A stretch of DNA of 63,162 bases, counting the filler, from Octopus bimaculoides (lineage: Eukaryota), in the NCBI RefSeq assembly GCF_001194135.2. It is 6 parts of 6 records of this genome, joined end to end, with 100 filler letters (N's around TTAATTAATTAA, not from the genome) between each part and the next. Parts side by side here need not be neighbours in the genome. Positions count along the whole stretch, not along the records: positions 1 to 23,966 come from NC_068987.1; positions 24,067 to 29,170 come from NC_069006.1; 4 more parts are not named here. The stretch is one strand, 5' to 3'. Below are positions 12,667-24,109 of this stretch, piece by piece (position 1 is the first letter of the stretch; the number at the start of each line of letters is the position of its first letter). The notes beneath the pieces are model-generated. The model was not told where the DNA came from, did no database searches, and worked only from the letters and a program-made list of their open reading frames with translations. The position numbers and the translations under genes are program-made.

Positions 12667-13025
12667 CAGCAACAACAATAACACCTACTCAAAGACAAAT
12701 ATTACTGAGCAATAAATACTCAAATAGAGGTATTTTTGCCGATTTTGCCAGTTTTGCCGGTTTGACCGAAATACATTCAACTTTCTGTCCCTAATTGTGT
12801 AAGAGACATTTCGAAATAGAACAATGACAAAGTTGCGCTCATAATAACTCCATCAACTCGCTCAAAAAGTTTGTTTCAGAGTGGGCAAAGAGAAAATTAA
12901 TTTATCTCTGACTGACGAAAGGAGGCAGGCATCTTTTCCGTAACTCTTAAAAGACCAGTGAAGGAAAGCCCAAGCTGATAACAAAGAGTAGAGCAATGTT
13001 TGATACCGTTTAGCTAACCTTTAAG

Positions 13026-13094
13026 ATGGCGGATGAAGCTGAGAGTCAAGCAAAGATGCGCGCGGAACACTCGTCCATAAGCTTGATCATGTGT
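13026..13094 (+). other. Candidate first coding exon (MADEAESQAKMRAEHSSISLIMC)
   Basis: AAGATGGCGG start context and TGT|GTAAGG donor at 13095; no homology recognised. Confidence 0.25.
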
Positions 13095-13114
13095 GTAAGG
13101 GTGACAGTCAGGAT

Positions 13115-13200
13115 TGTATGAATGTATGTATGTATGTATGTATGTATGTATGTATGTATGTATGTATGTATGTATGTATGTATGTATGCATGTATGTATG
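13115..13200. repeat. (TATG)n microsatellite
   Basis: Direct inspection. Confidence 0.95.
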
Positions 13201-13524
13201 TCATTATTTAGCTTATTTCAAGATTTCTTGCCAATAGAGAAAGATCCGGTTTCTAAATTAGATCCAAGGCTCCTTCATTGGAATTTCAACATCAACAACA
13301 GAGTATTTTTGTTTGTATGTATTAATGTATATATGTATGTATATAAGATGATAGCTTCATCTTGACAGATGATAGTCGTCCCATCAACGTACACACCACA
13401 CCCCATCACACAGCACAATCATTCCGTTGATGAGCCCTCAGATGACTTTTAAGACCAACTGCTGACTGACAGATTCTAAAACACAAATGACATATTATTC
13501 AAGTTTCTTCTATATCTTTGCCCT

Positions 13525-13880
13525 TTAGAATCTGATTTTGAAGGAATGTTTTTGTGAGCTAGCATGTCTTTTAAAGTCCAGATATTGTCTTCCAAGTTTT
13601 GTGACATATGACATAAGTCGTAAGAAGCGGTTGGGGCCTCTTACTCGGGCATTTCGATTTTCATGTGATTTCATATGATTCACGTCTCCTACTTTTGAGA
13701 ACAAAACACGATCACACAATATATATCCAATGTTCACTGTTGATTTCAGTTCTAATTGTTCCTTTGTGACAGACCTTTTAAGCTCAGAGTGCTGAATCAT
13801 GTTTTCCTCCCAGGCGTTGCATCCAGCCCTAATAGTACCTCTCCACTTGTTCCGATCCAGAACATCAATTTCCTAATCAC
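13525..13880 (-). mobile_element. RTE-clade LINE 3' coding end with decayed C-terminal zinc finger
   Basis: (W>stop)EIDVLDRNKWRGTIRAGCNAWEENMIQHSELKR...LCDRVLFSKVGDVNHMKSH matches WE..A.DR..WR..I..G...FE..R..H.E.KR...C.R...S..GL.NH...H. Confidence 0.85.
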
Positions 13881-14063
13881 TTTCTTCATAATTATATACA
13901 TATATACCAGAAGAGGAAAAGAGAAAATAGGAAAGCTTCTGACAATGCGGTAAGTTTCACAAAACCTTTATATTTCAGGCGCAAAGGGTTATCCTCAGAA
14001 GAAAATTAGTCTGGGAAATATCTAGTTATACTGGTTCCGTTAACCTATTCAAATTCCTCAGAA

Positions 14064-14400
14064 TTATGTTAGTAGTAGCAGTCACTCTCTAAATGTTGGT
14101 ACAATCGACTCTCTAAGCGTTGGTGTAAACAAACATCCAACTGTTGCTGTAATTAACTCACCCTCTGTTGGATGATGTGACGGCATTATGTTAATGGCAG
14201 TAGCAGTTACTCTCCAAATGCTGGTGAAATCAACTCTTCAAGTTTTGGTAAAAACAAACATCCAACTGTTGGTGTAGGCAACTCACCAACTGTTGGTGTA
14301 GGCAACTCACTAACTGTTGGATAATCTGACGGGTTAGTAGCAGTAACAGAAAGTTGCCAGCTGTTGGAGAGGCAACTCTCCGATCGTTGGTTGACAATGA
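14064..14400. repeat. Hierarchical degenerate tandem repeat (24-bp unit inside a unit of about 122 bp)
   Basis: Perfect CCAACTGTTGGTGTAGGCAACTCA x2 at 14262-14309; TTATGTTA..GTAGCAG heads at 14064 and 14186. Confidence 0.8.
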
Positions 14401-14769
14401 AGAATGTAAAATATCAAAACGGATAGTTTCGAGGTGTTGAAACAGTTTCAGTCACAGTTTATCAATTGAAGAACTACAGGAGTTAGCACAGTAACAAATC
14501 CGAAAATTCTTGAAGATCCTAGTGTTGAACTAACAACGCTAAAAAGAATCAGGGCTGTAATAACATCACCAAACCAAGGAAATTGTAGACCAGTTTATTG
14601 AGAATGCCTAACCGGGAGTCCACAGATGTGTGAGGAAGAACCATAGCTTAAACCCTCATCCCAGATCTAGTATCTTTTGTCTTGTTTCTCTCCGTCGCTT
14701 TTCAACTAAATCAATGGTAAGCAAGTCTGTGTACTAACCTGTTTGATAATTTTATAATAATACTAGACA

Positions 14770-15080
14770 ATGGTTTCAAATCTTGGCACAAGGTCGGCAA
14801 GTTCAGGAAAGAGCATAAGTCGATTACATCGACCCTAATGCTCAACTGGTACTTATTTTATCGATCCCGAAAAGATGAAAGGCAAAATCGACCACGGCGG
14901 AATTTAAACTCAGAACGTAAAGACAGACGAAATGCCGATAAGAATTTTTCTCAGCGTGCTAACGGTTCTGCCAGCTCGCCGCCTTAAAGTCGAACTCGGT
15001 GGAACTTGAAATCAGGTCATCAAGACAGAAAAAGTGCCGTTAAGCATTTTGCCCTGCGCAGTAACGATTTTGCTAGTTCA
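14770..15080 (-). mobile_element. SINE type A, full copy plus adjacent partial copy
   Basis: Reverse consensus match ending TCTGCCAGCTCGCCGCCTTAA; second head fragment at 14985-15080. Confidence 0.85.
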
Positions 15081-16797
15081 CTACCTATAACAATATTAGA
15101 TAACGAATTAATATTGTGTGCTAATTTCTTCAAAACTTTAGATCACAATGTATAGCACCCTATAGTGTGAAGTTTATCCAAAGTTATTAAGTGCTTGGAA
15201 GATAAACCAGCACGTTTATTGACTTTTCAAGCATATGGCGATATCATTGTTAAAGACATTGTAGGAAGTTCGTATTTCTATGAATATATTATAATTACTC
15301 CGTAAAGTATTGTTTCGTTTAGCATTGCGTTTTTAGGAACGTATCTAGAGTGTTAATCGAGTTATTTCTGTGTATAACTTGTAGAAAATGATACAATAAT
15401 TACAATAAATAATACTAAAAAATGAAACTTAGCGATTTCTAACAAATCTTTGTAAAATGGTTAAAAATAAAACGTTCTTCCCTACTAAACCAGAAAAAAA
15501 CTAAAAAATAGTTATTAAAATCTTTTCTTTTTATTCACTTGAAATACCATTATATTTATGTCAGTATATACATATCTCTGCTCTTTTATTATTTTTTTTT
15601 CTGTTTGGAAAAATATACTGAATTATATATGTCTAGGAAATTGAAGGTACACATCCGTATATATTCAATTTGGACATAGGATATTTAAAAATCCAAATAT
15701 TCAGAGATTTTGAGACGATAATATACAATACCTTCACGAAATGAGATGTTTGTATACTTTGTGGCAAGTTAGAGAGATAAATGAAATGGAAATTATAAGT
15801 TTCTGGTGACAAACATGCAAATGAAAGTGAGATTTATGTTAGTTTTGAATGATTTATTTCGAATGTTGTCTGCATACTGAGATTTTAAGTAAGTTACAGC
15901 AAGTGCCTTAAAAAAGAGAATGTAAGATTGCTATTATATAGAATTGCCATCTGAACGATGGTAAATTGTATCATTACGTATGGAATTACACAAAACTACC
16001 GTAAGACACCACAATTTTAAATAACATTGGACACACACGTATGTATGTATGTATGTATGTATGTAAAGTAATATATATGTATATAATACATACATACATA
16101 CGTACATACATACATACATTATATATATATATGTATGTATGTATATACACCGCTGTTAAAAGAAAAATGACTACAGCATATTGTTAAAAATTTAATCAAA
16201 CATCAATAATTATTCAAGAAAATGAAAATAAATGCAATTAAAGAGAAGTAATTGATAACAATTTAGAGTTATATTAGATGTTATTAAATAAAAAAAATAC
16301 CGACGAAAAGATTGTAGGAAATATTCTTATAAGACTGAAAGAATTATCTCTTGGATCTGATTAATTTTCGAAAATTAGCAAATTATATCTGTCATTGCGG
16401 TTAATTGGTAATCTAATTGATTTCTTGTGCACCATACTGTGTTTTCAGTTCTGGATATTCTTTTATCATTATTTCACTGTTTATTGTCTATAAAAATGTT
16501 TGGAGAAGTCTTGCTTTAGATACACGCAGATCCCTATTGTGTATTAGTGACCTTCCTGACCACAAGCATCCAATCTCGTCACTCTTCCTCTTCAATGGCG
16601 ATTACATCAGCTCCTGCTCCAGGAGATAGCTTGTCACAGCTACCCAGACAGTCCTATGATCACACACATTCCAGCTCTGACCCACTTGTCTTCTTTCTTC
16701 TTTTTTATTTATAGATTTCTCGGTTGGTATTATCCGTGTCGTTCACTTTATTAAAACAGTAGAGTTTCTCTTAGTGGTTCAATAGTGAACGTAAACG

Positions 16798-16975
16798 TAA
16801 GGCAGCGAGCTGGCAGAATCGTTAGCACGCCGATTTCAAATTCTGTCGAGGTCGACTTTGTCTTTCAGCCTTTCGAGGTCGATAAAATAAGTGGCAGTTG
16901 AGTGCTGGGGTCGATGTAATCGATTTATGCCCTCCCCTACACTTACTGGCCTTAAGCCAAAATTTGAAATTAAAT
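16798..16975 (+). mobile_element. SINE type A with internal deletion in the tRNA-like head
   Basis: GGCAGCGAGCTGGCAGAATCGTTAGCACGCCG joined directly to TTTCAAATTCTGTCGAGGTCGAC. Confidence 0.85.
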
Positions 16976-17166
16976 ATTGTAGAGAAACGTAGCCGTTAGA
17001 CAGAAAAGAAAGACCGAAGTAAAACTGTCCACACAGCAGTACTTACATGGCAAGACAGGCATTTTATTTGCTCAGGTTCTGTATTTTAAAAATATTCTAT
17101 AATATTGATTTCTAGCATAGATATGAAACCTCACATTTCGGACTAAAAATGTATAATCATTTATAT

Positions 17167-17429
17167 CAGTGTTTCTGACCCTTTTTTTTTTTTTTGCCTA
17201 CGGATCCTTTTGATTCCTATTTTACTCGGGTGGACACACACAGCCATTCGATGTTTAAAAAAAAAATCCTATTATATTTTTATAATTAAATATTAGGAAT
17301 TCTATGAAGAAAATTGTTAAAATATTTTGTGTATTGTAGAAATATAGCCAATTTATTACACATAAACTTTAGCAATAAATTCTCATATGGACTCTCAAGG
17401 GCCTTGTGGACCCCGGCTGAAAATCACTA
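17167..17429. mobile_element. hAT-type non-autonomous DNA transposon (MITE)
   Basis: Left end CAGTGTTTCTGACCC, right end CCCCGGCTGAAAATCACTA (hAT TIR type CAGTGGTTCTCAACC); flanks ATTTATAT / ATTTGTGT are a 6-of-8 match to an 8-bp TSD. Confidence 0.6.
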
Positions 17430-17713
17430 ATTTGTGTCAATCTCGATACTTAACTGCTATTTTATTTTATCGACTCCGGAAGTCATGAAAGGAAAGATGG
17501 CCTGTGCGAGATTTGAACTTAGAAATTGTTTTAAGCTGTTGATTACCATAAACAAACTTATTCATTTTAGGATAAAGTAATAATCCTTAAAGCAAAATAC
17601 ATACTACATCAGAGCAGTATGTTGATCCTGTGTTACTGAGAAAACAAAAAACCTAGGCTTTGATTACGAATAATTACAGCAGAGTACAAAACGTATAAAG
17701 AATAAAAAAACGT

Positions 17714-17715
<2 letters not shown>

Positions 17716-17755
<40 letters not shown>

Positions 17756-18090
17756 GAGTAAGAGAGCAGTGCATGCCATCAAAGTGACACTGGGGTAAAA
17801 TATACGAAGCCTAGTATACCCATCATGACTACCCGTCTGATAAGGTTACATCACGAACATGCATCACAACCGTATGTGCGCGATATAGTGATCTCATATC
17901 AAGATAAACAGCACATGACCTTGCAGGTGGGGCACAGTTAGCATTTTCTTCAGGTTGAGTAGCCCATCTCGCCCAAAATGTCCCTGAATAAGGGTTGTTT
18001 AAGGATGTTGAACGAAATACCCATGTTTCCAGAGGTGAATTATTCAAACCCCAAAGAATTCCTCTCAGCACATGGCTATGATGCTCTCTC
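17716..18090. mobile_element. (TAT)n tract followed by an interspersed repeat, probably the 3' UTR of a minus-strand LINE
   Basis: Non-coding block starting immediately after a (TAT)n tail, same architecture as the neighbouring R4/Dong tails; family not identified. Confidence 0.45.
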
Positions 18091-18199
18091 ATTACTTCTG
18101 CTTACCACTGAGAAAATTTCTATCTGCTTTCCTGAATCTATTTATTTCCATATCCAGGTTTTCTTCAATGATACTAGTAATGTCTTCGATCATTTCTTT

Positions 18200-18700
18200 A
18201 TCTTCGTTATTTAGTCCTTCTCTACACTCAGGCTCGAGACATTATACGTCTCCCGGTACTCTCATTAAGTGTAGCATCTTCAGCATTCTCTGTATCTATT
18301 TCTGCTTCGCTTCCCGTGTTTTCGGTCATCAACCTCCTCCTTAATCTCATCGAGTTTTAGTACTGTTAGCCACCCTTTGTTCCTTATTGCTCTTACCTGG
18401 TCACAGAGTTTCTGTTCCGTATTATCTCAGCCCTGTTTCTCCATCCATATGTTATGCATCCTCTTTCTATATCCTCTTATGGTTCTCCCTTCATTATCAG
18501 TGGATCTGCTCAAAAAATAACATTCCATGACAGCTATATTCATTGTCTTAGTCTATTTGATTCTAGCAGTCATATAATGACGACCGAACCTGTGCTACTC
18601 AACGGGCCGAAGTCAGTCACCCGTAGTTCCGTCCTCATTTACGCCGTTATTTGTGTTAATTCTATTGTTCAAAAGCCCTTATCCCCTTCGAAGTTTAAGT
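18200..18700 (-). mobile_element. R4/Dong-clade LINE 5' region (ORF N-terminus)
   Basis: TKTMNIAVMECYFLSRSTDNEGRTIRGYRKRMHNIWMEKQG*DNTEQKLCDQVRAIRNKGWLTVLKLDEIK, typical R4/Dong N-terminal motif. Confidence 0.8.
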
Positions 18701-18729
18701 GAGCTATTATCATCATCATCATCATCGTC

Positions 18730-18732
18730 GTC

Positions 18733-18765
<33 letters not shown>

Positions 18766-19240
18766 TACTTTTAATCTTCTTGTTTGTTACAGTCACTCGC
18801 CGAGACACACCCAGCGTCCTAGGGCGAGTGAAGGACAAGAGATTTTACAGTATGACTGAAAGCTTGAGGAGGAGATGTGCAGGGGCAGTAGCGAAATATC
18901 TTTATGTAATACAACACATACATTTAAATTGATAGGGTGTTTCTAAGGATGTAAGCAGTACCTGTCAGCACAATCTTTTGGATTTCTCTGAGACATGGTT
19001 CTCCTGGGATATTATCTAGATGTTTCTGACATCCCTTTCTTATCATACCTAGGGCACCTACAATAATAGGAACAGTTCTCGCTTTAAGATGCACATCTTT
19101 TGTACTTCAGTTTTCAGGTCCTTATATTTACTTAATTTGTCAAATTCCTTTACAGATATATCTTTTATCAATGGAAACATTTACATCTACAAATATTTTC
19201 TCCACCAAGTCTTTAATGACTATGTCTGGTCCGATTAGCC
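18730..19240 (-). mobile_element. R4/Dong-clade LINE 3' end, 3' UTR and (TAA)n tail
   Basis: PDIVIKD..DVNVSID..KEFDKLSKYKDLKTEVQKM..TVPIIVGALGMIRKGCQKHLDNIPGEPCLREIQKIVLTGTAYILRNTLSI*; tail at 18730-18765. Confidence 0.85.
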
Positions 19241-19371
19241 TTCATTGTTCTGTCGGCGTTGGTTGGAAAATCCTTCAACGACTTGCTCAGGATGATGTTC
19301 ATACAATTAAGCAGGAGTACCGATTTTGTTGTGTTTTTTAGTGCTTTTGTAGTATTTTTAGTGTTTTTGTA

Positions 19372-19372
19372 G

Positions 19373-19406
<34 letters not shown>

Positions 19407-19775
19407 ATTATTCTGAAAGACTCTCGGATAGTTCTTAATTACTGGTTATTCTTTACTTGAAAGCATGCAATAGCAAATCACCAAAGGTTCCAATGACTCA
19501 AAGATACAATACTCTCCTTAGAATGCGAGATGTACCCAACAATGCTGCCTTGTGGATCAATTCGAGCCTGACAGCAGCTCCAATATTCTTAATAGGATTT
19601 TCAAAGCCCTTGGAAACTGCTACTAATGCTTCAATTACCACCGGTATCACCATTATTTTGCTCATGCCCCATAACTTTCCTATCTCATCCCGCAGTGGCT
19701 GGTATTTCTCAAACTTTCCGTTTCCTTACATTTCACCCTCGAACCGCCTGGTGTTGCAACATCATCTTTACTTTA
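19372..19775 (-). mobile_element. R4/Dong-clade LINE 3' end (second family) with (AAC)n/(TAA) tail
   Basis: EKYQPLRDEIGKLWGMSKIMVIPVVIEALVAVSKGFENPIKNIGAAVRLELIHKAALLGTSRILRRVLYL*, stop at 19498-19500. Confidence 0.85.
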
Positions 19776-19784
19776 ATAATGATG

Positions 19785-19836
<52 letters not shown>

Positions 19837-19850
19837 TAATAATAATAATA

Positions 19851-22788
19851 AGTGAAAACCATAGTTGACATTGATGCCACCATAGAAACCACCAAGCAAA
19901 AGGTATGTGCTAAAGCTGCCCGTATAGCAAGGTATGAAAAGCGTGTTAGATTCTTCAGAGATAATAACATGTTCAAAAATAACCCCAAAAATTTCTACAG
20001 GAAGATAGGGAAAACACCAGTAACAATAAAGTCTGTCTCATCAAAAGAAGTGCAGGAATTTTGGAATAAAAAAGGGCAGAAGATAAAACACACAATGAAA
20101 AGGCCCCTTGGATTGATAGAATATCTACAGACTTAGACTCCTTAGAGGAGCAAAAGTGGGAGGGGGTCAAGGTAGAAGATATAAGATCTGCTCTCAGGAG
20201 GTCAAGCAAATGGAAGTCTCCAGGAAAGGATAAAATTCCTAATTTCTGGTTGAATGCCTTCCCAGAGAGCCATGAACTGCTAACAAAAATTTACAACGAT
20301 GTTTTGCAAAATCCTAGTTTGATGCCCTCTTGGCTAGTTAATGGTTTAACATTCCTGCTTCCAAAAAATGAGGAANNNNNNNNNNNNNNNNNNNNNNNNN
20401 NNNNNNNNNNNNNNNNNNNNNNNNNNNNNNNNNNNNNNNNNNNNNNNNNNNNNNNNNNNNNNNNNNNNNNNNNNNNNNNNNNNNNNNNNNNNNNNNNNNN
20501 NNNNNNNNNNNNNNNNNNNNNNNNNNNNNNNNNNNNNNNNNNNNNNNNNNNNNNNNNNNNNNNNNNNNNNNNNNNNNNNNNNNNNNNNNNNNNNNNNNNN
20601 NNNNNNNNNNNNNNNNNNNNNNNNNNNNNNNNNNNNNNNNNNNNNNNNNNNNNNNNNNNNNNNNNNNNNNNNNNNNNNNNNNNNNNNNNNNNNNNNNNNN
20701 NNNNNNNNNNNNNNNNNNNNNNNNNNNNNNNNNNNNNNNNNNNNNNNNNNNNNNNNNNNNNNNNNNNNNNNNNNNNNNNNNNNNNNNNNNNNNNNNNNNN
20801 NNNNNNNNNNNNNNNNNNNNNNNNNNNNNNNNNNNNNNNNNNNNNNNNNNNNNNNNNNNNNNNNNNNNNNNNNNNNNNNNNNNNNNNNNNNNNNNNNNNN
20901 NNNNNNNNNNNNNNNNNNNNNNNNNNNNNNNNNNNNNNNNNNNNNNNNNNNGAGAACCACACTGACGTTGAACAATGACAATGAATCTCTAAATGCTGGA
21001 GATGTAAGAATTTCATGTGGCATTTTCCAGGGTGACTCACTATCATCACTCCTCTTCTGTCTAGCCTTAATACCTCTCTCAAAATTGCTCAATGATGCAC
21101 AGTATGGTTATAAAATATTTGATAAAAATATAGATCATCTCATTTACATGGATGATTTAAAGCTCTTTGCAAAAAATGACCAACAACTCAAAGGCCTACT
21201 AGCGATTGTTAAGCAATTCAGTGATGACATCAGGATGCAATTTGGCCTTGATAAATGTGCAAATGCTACCTTTATCAAAGGAAAAATGACAAAAACGTCT
21301 AATGTGAACCATGACCAGCAAAATGTCATAAAAGAGTTAGAACCAGCAGAGAGCTACAAATACCTAGGGGTAATTGAAGGGGACAATATCAAGCATCCAG
21401 TGATGAGGGAAAGGATCAGAAGAGAATGTTATCGCAGGGTGAGAGCAATACTGAAGACAGAGCTGAACGCAAGAAACAGGATCGAAGCGATTAATGCTCT
21501 AGCCATACCAGTCGTTACTTACAGTTTCAATATCGTTAACTGGTCAATTACTGAAATATGTAATGTTGACAGAAAAATACGAAAACTGTTGACAATGCAT
21601 AGAATGCACCACCCTAAGGTAGATATAGAACGTCTTTATCTGCCAAGAAAAGAGGGAAGCCGTGGACTTCTACAGCTGGCATTAACAATGAAAAACTCTG
21701 AGGACTGGATGCTAAAACTTGTCTCAAAACATGAAAGCAAGAAAGCATCTTACTCAGTAACAAAACAGGCAAAGGAATATCTAAGTGAATTCCAATTGCA
21801 ACAAATTCAAGAATTAGACGAACTAGAAACACCCGCAGAAAATGCTAAGCGCTTGAAAACCCGTGCTAGAATTGCCGCCTTAGATATTATGACTGAAAAA
21901 TGGCATTGAAAACCTCTCAATGACAAATATCCAAAGAGAGCGAATAATGCAGATATTGACAAAGTCCTTACCCATCAATGGCTAATGGCTTCTGGCTTGA
22001 AATCAGAAACAGAAGGGGTTTATCATAGCAGCCCAAGATCAATGCCTACCTACAAAGAACTACCAGGCCAACATATTAAAGAACGGCAGCTCCGCATTAT
22101 GTCGTATATGCCAACAACAAAATGAGACCATCGAACATATTGTCTCCATGTGCAGTCTGCTTGCGTCTACAGAGTATCTCAACAGGCATGATAGAGCTGC
22201 ACAATATATTCACTGGGTAATATGCAAAAACCTGGACTTGCCCCATGATAAAAACTGGTGGGAACACAAACCATCCCCAGTACTTGAAAATGATCACATC
22301 GCACTCCTCTGGAACTTCACCATTCAAACTGACAGAAAGATAGATGAAAATAGGCCAGACATCATACTGAAAGACTTCAGACAAAAATCATGCCTCCTCA
22401 TTGATATGACTGTCCCAATCGATATAAACGTATCTGTCAAGACCTACCANNNNNNNNNNNNNNNNNNNNNNNNNNNNNNNNNNNNNNNNNNNNNNNNNNN
22501 NNNNNNNNNNNNNNNNNNNNNNNNNNNNNNNNNNNNNNNNNNNNNNNNNNNNNNNNNNNNNNNNNNNNNNNNNNNNNNNNNNNNNNNNNNNNNNNNNNNN
22601 NNNNNNNNNNNNNNNNNNNNNNNNNNNNNNNNNNNNNNNNNNNNNNNNNNNNNNNNNNNATGTACAAATCCAAATAAATGGTACCCTAGGCATAACACTT
22701 ACATGAACTTCTAACTTGTTGTCTCTTGAGGTCTTTGGGTGAGACTTGGATCCAACTTGTACAAATGCAAAACAAAAGTCAAACATAA

Positions 22789-22790
<2 letters not shown>
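19851..22790 (+). mobile_element. 5'-truncated R4/Dong-clade non-LTR retrotransposon (RT, CCHC finger, RLE endonuclease)
   Basis: WKSPGKDKIPNFWL; GIFQGDSLSSLLFCLALIPL; HLIYMDDLKL; FGLDKC; YKYLGV; CRICQQQNETIEHIVSMC; RPDIILKD..LLIDMTVP; flanked on both sides by (TAA)n. Confidence 0.95.
20952..21909 (+). pseudogene. Reverse transcriptase ORF segment of the R4/Dong element
   Basis: Open for over 300 codons with YMDD active site; ends at a premature TGA (21907-21909), with a further +1 frameshift near 22017. Confidence 0.9.
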
Positions 22791-22824
<34 letters not shown>

Positions 22825-22844
22825 TATTATTATTATTACAATAA

Positions 22845-23570
22845 TTTCTCTTTATCACAGGTTTTGTTGGAGCTCCTGGAGCCTTACATACGTAACGGGC
22901 TTACTACATGCAGCATACGGTAACATGCTATCCATTCTTTTCAGTTATCTAATACTTTCCTCATTATTCTGGTCGTGCCAAGGAGGCAAACCTTCTGTAA
23001 CAGTTCTACTGGGCACTCTGTTCCAATTTCCTTTATAATCCTCTTGATTCCTTCTGATACTGTTTCCAAGGACCCAACAATAATTGGCACCATCTTCACC
23101 TTCTTCATTTTCTATAACCGGGCTATTTCATACTTAAGAGGGTTGTATCTATCTATCTTTTCGCATTCCTTCTTGACTATTAGTGTGTCAAAGAGGCATG
23201 CATCATCAACTATATAGCATATGTGGTGCACCTTGTCCACCACCATTAGGTCGTCTCTGTTATGCTATAGCACCTGATCTGTTTGGATTGGGAAATCCCA
23301 GAGGATTTTGCTAGTCTCTGACTCTACCACTGCGGTTTGTGCTCATACTACTTCTTGCTTCTCTCTACACTCCACTTTTCGCACAGTTTCCAATGCAGCA
23401 CTTTCGCTACCTGATCGTGTCACCACAACTTGTAGTGGTTTTGAGCAAGTCTAGAGTATTCGTTCGTAATATGGGCAATGGTTTTATCCACACTGTTGCA
23501 GATGCAGCACAGCAGAGACACTTGCTCATTCCTAAGGTTTAGTCTTGTGCTGCTAGTATAGTGCTCACGG
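22845..23570 (-). mobile_element. R4/Dong-clade LINE 3' fragment (third family)
   Basis: HDQVAKVLHWKLCEKW..EHKP..ESETSKILWDFPIQTDQ..KECEKIDRYNPLKYEIARL*KMKKVKMVPIIVGSLETVSEGIKRIIKEIG..LLGTTRIMRKVLDN*. Confidence 0.85.
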
Positions 23571-23699
23571 TCTCTTTTTTTAATTTTTTAGTCTTCCTTT
23601 TTTTAGTGTTCCTTTCATCAGCCAATCCCACCTATTTTTTCAGCAACTTCTGTTGTGGCTGCATGAAATTGATTGTGTAGTCCCTCCTTACTATCTCTT

Positions 23700-23932
23700 T
23701 TTTACTCTTTTACTTGTTTCAGTCATTTGACTGTGGCCATGCTGGAACATCGCCTTTTAGTCGAGCAAATCGACCCTAGGACTTATTCTTTGTAAGCCTA
23801 GTACTTATTCTATCCGTCTCTTTTGCCGAACCGCTAAGTTACGGAGACGTAAACACACCAGCATCGGTTGTCAAACGATGTTAGGTGGGGGGGGACAAGC
23901 GCAGACACACAAACATATACACACACACACGT

Positions 23933-23965
<33 letters not shown>
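23700..23965 (-). mobile_element. SINE type B 3' half, truncated by a gap
   Basis: TTTTACTCTTTTACTTGTTTCAGTCATTTGACTGTGGCCATGCTGGAAC...CCAGCATCGGTTGTCAAACG. Confidence 0.9.
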
Positions 23966-23966
<1 letters not shown>

Positions 23967-24066
23967 NNNNNNNNNNNNNNNNNNNNNNNNNNNNNNNNNN
24001 NNNNNNNNNNTTAATTAATTAANNNNNNNNNNNNNNNNNNNNNNNNNNNNNNNNNNNNNNNNNNNN

Positions 24067-24109
<43 letters not shown>

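Noticed and set aside
13529-13949. Apparent plus-strand exons with good acceptors (13529, 13861) and a 29-nt GT-AG mini-intron at 13950-13978
   Set aside because: Most of the sequence is the antisense of an RTE LINE 3' end, and 29 nt is too short for a normal spliceosomal intron
19457-19855. 132-aa plus-strand ORF ending in poly-Asn
   Set aside because: Antisense of an R4/Dong C-terminus running into a (TAA)n tract
24011-24022. TTAATTAATTAA islands inside N runs (also 29215-29226, 55981-55992, 58529-58540, 61726-61737)
   Set aside because: Identical palindromic 12-mer with stop codons in all six frames, always centred in N padding: a synthetic scaffolding spacer, not biology
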